Virus record (IMG/VR): IMGVR_UViG_3300001525_000355
Origin: an uncultured virus (IMG/VR IMGVR_UViG_3300001525_000355)
Lineage: Duplodnaviria; Heunggongvirae; Uroviricota; Caudoviricetes
Strand: one strand, 5' to 3'
Length of the DNA stretch: 64,000 nt
The notes under the pieces are model-generated. The model ran no database searches. It was not told the origin of the DNA and worked only from the letters and a program-made list of their open reading frames with translations. This document shows, in pieces, positions 57,277 through 64,000 of this stretch (position 1 is its first letter; each line of letters starts with the position of its first letter). Both the position numbers and the translations under genes were made by a program.

Positions 57277-58008
57277 ATGAGTGAACAGACAAACGAAACT
57301 AATGTGCTTCATTTAGAAAATAGTGAATTTGATTTGCATCTGAGAATTGATCATTTTCAAGATGAAGGTGAAGAAATTAGATTCATTAAGTCTGTTGAGA
57401 AAATGGTAAGAAGAAGTTCAGAATATGCATTATGGAGAGATTACATAACCGATATTCTTGGACAAACAACATGTGAAATTACCAATGAAGATGCTTCTGA
57501 TTGTAGTATAGAAATTCATCATCATCCTATAAATCTATATACAATAGTAAAGGCAGTAGTAGATGATTATATCAGAAAAAAAGTAGAATTTTCAACCTTT
57601 GATATTGCTACTAAAGTAATTGAACTTCATTTTCAAAATAAAGTTGGTTATGTAGTAATGATTTCTAATATGCATGAAAAGTTTCATAGGGGTAAACTTA
57701 TGATTCCGATTGAGTATGTTAGAGGTGATTATAAATACATTCCTACTCATTTTGCATTAACTGAAGATGATTATACTAAATATCTTGAATATTGTAATAT
57801 ACACAAAGAAGAAGTAGCTGAACAATGGGGTAAGGGTAATTATCCTGGGATAGAGAATGCAAGTGATCAGACTGCAAAATTAGATTCTACTATTTCAACA
57901 ATAGATGATGATAAACAAGTAAAAGAATTGATATCAAAAGCAACTGCCAATTTAGAACCTGATATTAAAGATATGATTACTGCTTCAGATTTATCAATAG
58001 AGCTTTAA
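57277..58008 (+). CDS. hypothetical protein with an HNH-like motif
   Basis: CEIT...IEIHHHP...HEKFH. Confidence 0.6.
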   Translation: MSEQTNETNVLHLENSEFDLHLRIDHFQDEGEEIRFIKSVEKMVRRSSEYALWRDYITDILGQTTCEITNEDASDCSIEIHHHPINLYTIVKAVVDDYIRKKVEFSTFDIATKVIELHFQNKVGYVVMISNMHEKFHRGKLMIPIEYVRGDYKYIPTHFALTEDDYTKYLEYCNIHKEEVAEQWGKGNYPGIENASDQTAKLDSTISTIDDDKQVKELISKATANLEPDIKDMITASDLSIEL

Positions 58009-58020
58009 GGATCATATATT

Positions 58021-58821
58021 ATGGCGTATACAACAATAGGCACAGAAGCGAGAGTTAAATCTACGTTATCTAGTGACGTTGATAAGTTCAGGGGTAAATA
58101 CAGAACTTATGAGGAACAAGTTGATTCTAGTAAGGTTGGTATTACTTTTGTAAGTCCTATTGTTTCTTTATATGATAGATATAGATTTTTTATTTTACAA
58201 AATTCAGAAAAGAAAACATTGGCTTTAAATCATAAATATAGACCAGATTATGTATCATATGAAGAATATGGTACTACTAACTGGTGGACTCTTATACTCT
58301 ATATTAATGATATTAAGTGTATAGAAGAATTTGATAAAGATGAAATCTTAGTTCCGTCAATGGATTGTATAACTAAATTGATGGAAAAATCTACAGAAAC
58401 ATTACCAATTAAAGATTTAAACCAGGATGATCTTAAAGTATATGATAATGCTTTATTATACAGTATACCATCAAATAATCTGAATGATACTTTATCTGAA
58501 TTGACTTCTAAATCTACTACATCTTCTGGTGGTGATGAATTAGAGCTTGAAACCGATAGATTTAAAAGAGAAGAATTTACTTTGGATATTCCTACTTTAC
58601 GTTTGAGATATATAGAATTAGAAAATGAACCTGTTGAAAATACTATTAATTTGATAATCAGGGGTAAACCAACTTATACATATGGAAAACATTATGTTTT
58701 AACAGAAGGTTCTTCTGGTAGAAATAAAATTACATGGGATCCTGATATTGTAACAGGATCCGGTTTAGTATTTAGACTCAAAGAAAATGATATTGTACAG
58801 GTAACATATGTCTCAAAGTGA
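58021..58821 (+). CDS. baseplate wedge protein (gp53/LysM-like)
   Basis: YRPDYVSYEEYGTTNWWTLILYIND pattern. Confidence 0.7.
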   Translation: MAYTTIGTEARVKSTLSSDVDKFRGKYRTYEEQVDSSKVGITFVSPIVSLYDRYRFFILQNSEKKTLALNHKYRPDYVSYEEYGTTNWWTLILYINDIKCIEEFDKDEILVPSMDCITKLMEKSTETLPIKDLNQDDLKVYDNALLYSIPSNNLNDTLSELTSKSTTSSGGDELELETDRFKREEFTLDIPTLRLRYIELENEPVENTINLIIRGKPTYTYGKHYVLTEGSSGRNKITWDPDIVTGSGLVFRLKENDIVQVTYVSK

Positions 58822-59275
58822 TACAACTTTATTAATTGGTGTTTTAGATACATATTATCTATCTGAATTTGATTATGGTACTTATTATTTTGAATTATCC
58901 AATTTACCTGTAAGTAATAGTATTAATATAACATTTGAGGATAATAACAGTATTACAAGATCTGAAGTTGAAATAGTAGTTATTACAGATTCTGATGATT
59001 ATACAGAAGATAATATTGATTATGTGAACTATAATTCATCAAAAACTGATTTATATGCAAAAGTTTTAATTGGTAGCACCTTTGCTGATAGTAGTGGAAA
59101 GACTACAGAAATTACAAAAGATAATTATCTTCTCTATAAAAACAAATTAGTAGATAGATGTTTTATCGATTTTAGCGGATCGGAAAAAATTAAAAATATT
59201 CTTGATGAGATTGATGATACCAGTCAAAGGGTATGTGGTCATTTTACACTGAGTTATTTCAGTGAATTACTATAA
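58808..59275 (+). CDS. hypothetical (tail/baseplate region) protein
   Basis: Acidic beta-rich ORF in the baseplate cluster. Confidence 0.6.
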   Translation: MSQSDTTLLIGVLDTYYLSEFDYGTYYFELSNLPVSNSINITFEDNNSITRSEVEIVVITDSDDYTEDNIDYVNYNSSKTDLYAKVLIGSTFADSSGKTTEITKDNYLLYKNKLVDRCFIDFSGSEKIKNILDEIDDTSQRVCGHFTLSYFSELL

Positions 59276-59286
59276 GGATTTTGGTT

Positions 59287-60168
59287 ATGTTAAGCAAAAA
59301 TTTAAGTCTTCTTTCTAATATACCCAATGTGGTATCTATGTCACAGAATGATGTAGATTCATATAAATTGTCAGAAGAAGATATTCAGAATTTTTGTGAT
59401 TCTGTCAAATTATTTTCAACAAGAGCTAAATCACATATTGGTTATAAATATGTACAATTTCATATAGATAATCAATTTAAATATATTGATCTTGTAAAGA
59501 TTCCAAAGTATCCTTTACTTGCTGTATATAACAGTAATACGAAAAAATGCTTGATTAATATTAGTGCTACTCTTAAAAGTAAGCCAAATAATATAGATGC
59601 AAGAGATTGTTATGCTATGACCTTATATGGTCATGTGTGTTCATATCTTACTGGTAAAAATAATTTTGCAGATTATGAACCATTTTGCAATTATATATGT
59701 TTAATGTATCTTAAGATATTTGCAAAGAAATATGGTATTACTGGTTCATTTGCTGATTTGATTCCTCAGTTTAAGTTTATTGTATATATGTTTACTCTTA
59801 TCAAATTCTTTGGAATGAATGGTGATAAGGCGTTACAAGTAGCATCAGCAAATTGCAAATTTGATCCAAAAAAACTTAATATTCCAAGAATGAAAGACTA
59901 TGATATGTTCAGTATAAAGGACATGATTAGACTTCTTTCTGATACCGGAACTTGTCCCGGTCTCGGAAGTTATAAGTTTGTTGAAACAATGATTAGATTG
60001 TTTAACGTTATGGGTCTTGCCATGTTTGAAGACCTTATGAGATTTTCTTGTGCTTTATTTACATCAACTGTAAATTCAAATAGTTTCTTTCCTGTGTATC
60101 TCCAATTCTATAGTTCTAGTGATTATACTAAAATCAATGATATCATTGAGCATAGTTTATCACGCTAA
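59287..60168 (+). CDS. hypothetical protein
   Basis: Likely start is ATG59287 after AAGGA. Confidence 0.65.
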   Translation: MLSKNLSLLSNIPNVVSMSQNDVDSYKLSEEDIQNFCDSVKLFSTRAKSHIGYKYVQFHIDNQFKYIDLVKIPKYPLLAVYNSNTKKCLINISATLKSKPNNIDARDCYAMTLYGHVCSYLTGKNNFADYEPFCNYICLMYLKIFAKKYGITGSFADLIPQFKFIVYMFTLIKFFGMNGDKALQVASANCKFDPKKLNIPRMKDYDMFSIKDMIRLLSDTGTCPGLGSYKFVETMIRLFNVMGLAMFEDLMRFSCALFTSTVNSNSFFPVYLQFYSSSDYTKINDIIEHSLSR

Positions 60169-60185
60169 TTTTAATTTGATTTTTT

Positions 60186-61922
60186 ATGGCTTATATTCCA
60201 AGAAATGATTACAGCGGTTTGTATCGCGCTTTAGTTATTGATGCGAATGATCCGGAATTTAAGGGAAGAGTAAAAGTAAGAATACCAGACTTGATGGTAT
60301 CAGATTCTCAACATGTTGGAGAATGGACTAAAAATGGATTGTGGGCATATCCATTAAATAACATGATGGGTGGTAGAAATCTTAGAGATACAACATCTAG
60401 ATTTCCAGATGGTAAAGATGCTCAATTTCAGGGACAATGTTTACCATTTCCGAAAGGTTCTCATGTATTCGTAATGTTTGAGAAGAATGATGTTTCTCAT
60501 CCGTTTGTAGTTGGTGCTGCGGAATATGGTGATTCTACAGTTCTTCCAGAAAATCAATTGGGTAGAGAACCATACAAAAAGTGGACATTATTTAAATCAA
60601 ATGCTGGCAGAACTATTATAGTTTCTGATGATAAAGATGATGCTAGATTTGAAATAACAGGAAAGAAAAGAAAAATAAATAATGCCCCGTGGGGTGATTT
60701 AGAATCAGTATATGAGATTGATGATAACCAAACTGTATTTCTTATTGATGAAAGAGCCAATCACGAAAAGGTTCTTTTAAAAGATTACAGGGGAAATTAT
60801 ATCAATCTTATACAGGATGAACAGGGTGTAAATGATCAATTACATGTGTATATGAAGAATGATATACATATGGAAACTTTAAAAGATTTTTATTTAACTG
60901 TTGCTGGAAATCTTCATATTAAAGTTGGTCAAAATATTTATATTACAGCATTAGATAATATGTATTTATATGCTGTAAATAAACTTCAAGAATATGCCAA
61001 TTCTATAGATAGAGTTTCTGAAACATATGATAATACCAAATGTAATGAAGTTAACATTAAAGCTACTGGTAATATCAATATAAAATCTGGTGGCACTATA
61101 TTTAGAACATCTATTAATGATTTTAGAAGTGCTGCTCAGATCAATGACTGTTCTTCTGGTAATATAACATTAAATGCATCAGGCAGTTTGGGTGTTAATG
61201 CTAGTGGTAATGTAGCCATAATGGGTGCTAAAACATTAATACAGACAAGTGCTATTACCGGAGAAGCCAAGGGTGAGGTAGCAGAAGCAGTTATTTCTTT
61301 AGTGTCTGAATTTGCACAACCAAATGGCGAACGAAATCAAGATATTATCAAATTGGATTATTCTCCGAAATTTATAGAAGATAAATCACCAGATTCATTA
61401 AAAGCTCATGAGTTTAAAGCACCAGAAATAATTTTAACGCAAAATCCAGAATCTGGTGTTGGAACATCTGATTTCTTACCGCCAATTAAAGTCACAGTAC
61501 CTGAAGTTCCTGAACAGAAAATAGTACCGCCACCACCAATTGTTGAGAATGAAAATCCTCCAGAAAAAATAGATCCTGTAGTATTAGTAACTAAAGCAAT
61601 GGAAGAAGCATTTGTAAAAGTAAGAGATCTTAATTTGGCTTGTAATATTGCAACAGGAATATTGACAAATACAGTTACAGAAGGTACTCAAATCGCTCAT
61701 GAGCAAATTGCCATAATTAAAGCAGTAGAAGCATCTGCTAAAGATTGTGTAGAAGTTGTTGAAACTAATGCCAATGAAGCAGCTGATAAAGTTGAATCAA
61801 AAGTTACAACAGCAGCAGAACAAACAGAAGAAGAACTTGAAGTAGAGGCTCAAGAAGTTGAGCAAGAGAAAGAAAAATTTTGTATTGATAAAATGGATTC
61901 TGAAGTAGAATCATTGAAATAA
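60186..61922 (+). CDS. baseplate hub/spike protein (T4 gp5/VgrG-like OB fold plus beta-helix)
   Basis: YRALVIDANDPEFKGRVKVRIP...WAYP...PKGSHVFVMFEKND OB-fold pattern; repeating INIKSGG-type beta-helix; Pro-rich linker and acidic helical tail. Confidence 0.8.
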   Translation: MAYIPRNDYSGLYRALVIDANDPEFKGRVKVRIPDLMVSDSQHVGEWTKNGLWAYPLNNMMGGRNLRDTTSRFPDGKDAQFQGQCLPFPKGSHVFVMFEKNDVSHPFVVGAAEYGDSTVLPENQLGREPYKKWTLFKSNAGRTIIVSDDKDDARFEITGKKRKINNAPWGDLESVYEIDDNQTVFLIDERANHEKVLLKDYRGNYINLIQDEQGVNDQLHVYMKNDIHMETLKDFYLTVAGNLHIKVGQNIYITALDNMYLYAVNKLQEYANSIDRVSETYDNTKCNEVNIKATGNINIKSGGTIFRTSINDFRSAAQINDCSSGNITLNASGSLGVNASGNVAIMGAKTLIQTSAITGEAKGEVAEAVISLVSEFAQPNGERNQDIIKLDYSPKFIEDKSPDSLKAHEFKAPEIILTQNPESGVGTSDFLPPIKVTVPEVPEQKIVPPPPIVENENPPEKIDPVVLVTKAMEEAFVKVRDLNLACNIATGILTNTVTEGTQIAHEQIAIIKAVEASAKDCVEVVETNANEAADKVESKVTTAAEQTEEELEVEAQEVEQEKEKFCIDKMDSEVESLK

Positions 61923-61934
61923 GGATCAATCATA

Positions 61935-64000
61935 ATGAATTTAAATGAAGCTTTAGATAAAAGTTATATTACTTTTCTGGATAATTTCCATAAATTCATT
62001 GATAAAGAGACTAAGTTATATCTTGATGATGATCCTAAATCATATAATGTTGACAAAGATAGAAAAGATATTTGTAGCTGGTTTACTTATTATTGTACCG
62101 GTGATAATATGATAGCCTATATGACTTATGCTTTTAATGCAGTAAGTAGCGCTAAATTAAAATGGGGACTCGGAATAGATTTCCAAGACATTCTTTCTAA
62201 TAATCATAAGATATTTAGTGATAATATTGTAGATACTTGTGATCCAATTGCTTATGGTTTCATTGCAAAGATGAAAGAACAGGTAAAAGCTGAATCTTAT
62301 TTTAAATCACTAATACAGGATTCAGTTAAGTTATTTAAATCAAGAATGAATGCAGCAATTGTGGATTATAAAACAGATAATCCACAAGCATATAATTGTG
62401 CACTCAATCCAGAATATCTTGCTGTTGCTGAACAGGCTTTATGCGATAGCATCACAGAAAAAATGAATGCATATTATAACAGTTTGGATGCTATGGGTAA
62501 AAATGAAGTAAATGCACTTAAATCAAGTGCAGCTTCAAGTCTTACTAGTTTAAGAAGAGATCTTGTTTCAACTGCTCGAACTCAATGGATTGACCAACAA
62601 GATAAATGGAGACTTGATATAAGTAGTCCAATTCGAGATTGTCAAGATAAAATAAAAGCTATTATGAGTGATGAAGCAAATATCGCAGAATGGAATTCTC
62701 GATATGAAACTGAATTTAAAGCTCAAGTGGCAGCTGTTACTTTCTGGAGAGTAAAAGTAGAAGCTGTTTTATCAACATTAGTTAGTGATATATTACAAAA
62801 TAGTGAAATTACTACTACTTTTAGTGAAGGTGTTGATAAGATTTATAATGGTTTAAAAGAATCAAAAGTTGGATATTTTAATTCTGAAACAGTAATCCAT
62901 GGTGATAAAGTCAAATGTCTGAAGAGAATTAAAACTTTTGCTATGGAAGGAATTAAAAGTGTTAAAAATGGTATTAAAACAGAAATAGCTTTCCATGTAG
63001 CCAATATTAATAAATATTTCGAGGGAGAATATAGAAAAGAAGAAGTTCATAGAATGGAAGTAAGAGGAAAGTATAGAAAAAGAGGTAGAAGATGTTATGA
63101 TAATATCGAAGATAATATAATGGAAGGTTCTACTATAGGAAAAGCAAAAGATTGGTGTGAAGCTGCTGCTATAAAAGCAAAAGAGACAATTCAAGCAATT
63201 GTTAAAACTATAGTAAATGCAATACAATTAATGATTAAGGTTCTGACATTTGTATTAGAATTAATAACATTAATTTTGGAAGCTATATCTGAACCACTTC
63301 AGTATTTGACTGTTGATTTACCAAATAGTATTAAAGATGCTATCGATAATACTATAAAAACAGTAATGGATAAAATGCTTCCAAAGTTTCCAGAAGCTCC
63401 AACTAGTGCTAGTAACGGCATCAGACAATTTTGTGCTGCTGGCAGAAAAACAGTTGGTGGCGCAATGAATGTGATGAATGGTTATTTGATTAACTTCATT
63501 AAGAAGCAAATAACTACTGTGATTTCAAAGAATATGGTTCAAGCAAAGAAAGTATTTAATCAGACAACAGAAAAGATTCAAGAAATAATAAAGAAAGTAT
63601 CTACACCATTTATTGAAGATACTGCAGCACAAATGGCTCAAGAATTAGATACTGAACTTGATTTGAATAATGATGATCTTAAAGCAGAAATAACAAACGA
63701 TGTAGAACTTGAAGAACCAGATGATCCCTGGTTGATAGAAATGCAACAATTATCTAGAAACCTTTATGATAATACTTATGAACTTGAAGGTTATGCTGAT
63801 AAACTTGAAAAGATTGAAGAATTTTTGAGTGGTAAGAGTACTCCAGAAGAAGCTGCTGCCAATCTTATAGCGAAGTTTATTGGATTTATGACCCGTGGCG
63901 CATTAGAAGAAAAAGATGTTGGAGATTTGATAAAAGCAGCACAACAGATTGCAGCAGGAAACATGAAGGATGCTGTTGCTGGATTACTTAATAAAACACC
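61935..64000 (+). CDS. large alpha-helical hypothetical protein, 3'-truncated by the window (over 688 aa)
   Basis: ATG61935 follows AAGGA (MNLNEALDKSY...); the same frame is still open at the window end (...DAVAGLLNKT). It is absent from the ORF track because no stop falls in the window. Confidence 0.75.
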   Translation, partial: MNLNEALDKSYITFLDNFHKFIDKETKLYLDDDPKSYNVDKDRKDICSWFTYYCTGDNMIAYMTYAFNAVSSAKLKWGLGIDFQDILSNNHKIFSDNIVDTCDPIAYGFIAKMKEQVKAESYFKSLIQDSVKLFKSRMNAAIVDYKTDNPQAYNCALNPEYLAVAEQALCDSITEKMNAYYNSLDAMGKNEVNALKSSAASSLTSLRRDLVSTARTQWIDQQDKWRLDISSPIRDCQDKIKAIMSDEANIAEWNSRYETEFKAQVAAVTFWRVKVEAVLSTLVSDILQNSEITTTFSEGVDKIYNGLKESKVGYFNSETVIHGDKVKCLKRIKTFAMEGIKSVKNGIKTEIAFHVANINKYFEGEYRKEEVHRMEVRGKYRKRGRRCYDNIEDNIMEGSTIGKAKDWCEAAAIKAKETIQAIVKTIVNAIQLMIKVLTFVLELITLILEAISEPLQYLTVDLPNSIKDAIDNTIKTVMDKMLPKFPEAPTSASNGIRQFCAAGRKTVGGAMNVMNGYLINFIKKQITTVISKNMVQAKKVFNQTTEKIQEIIKKVSTPFIEDTAAQMAQELDTELDLNNDDLKAEITNDVELEEPDDPWLIEMQQLSRNLYDNTYELEGYADKLEKIEEFLSGKSTPEEAAANLIAKFIGFMTRGALEEKDVGDLIKAAQQIAAGNMKDAVAGLLNKT

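Noticed and set aside
1..64000. Alternative genetic code (stop-codon reassignment as in some large gut phages)
   Set aside because: Core genes are full-length in the standard code and coding density is high; TAA, TGA and TAG all end genes.

Overview
This window is a 64-kb piece of an AT-rich, large (probably jumbo) tailed dsDNA phage genome with distant T4-like modules, read in the standard genetic code. The left block (about 2.3-29.6 kb) is almost all on the minus strand. It holds the head module (major capsid, prohead protease, portal, acidic scaffold-like protein), three glycosyltransferases, the replisome (helicase, putative clamp, primase, clamp loader, PolB with a Cys-rich UDG-like N-terminus), a DpdA/TGT-like transglycosylase, an Hc1-like protein and GMP reductase. 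The right block (30.5-64 kb) is almost all on the plus strand. It holds QueE, QueC, a nucleoside deoxyribosyltransferase-family protein, a 5'-3' exonuclease, ThyX, NrdD/NrdG with an intervening GIY-YIG endonuclease, RuvC, a SNF2 helicase, RecA, and neck and baseplate genes. Highlights: (1) about a dozen otherwise unrelated small proteins share an N-terminal leader (MKQYSFLxE or MKYQxNPLLE) resembling the T4 capsid-targeting sequence, suggesting a modular set of head-packaged cargo that includes a GNAT enzyme and Gly-rich membrane-type proteins; (2) a likely 7-deazaguanine DNA modification pathway; (3) a GC-rich chain of about 11 hairpins with a GATGAA...TTC repeat unit at the strand-switch point; (4) a 65-nt tRNA-like element with a truncated anticodon arm; (5) a hairpin that buries the first major capsid AUG. 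All calls come from motif recognition by eye; no database searches were run.
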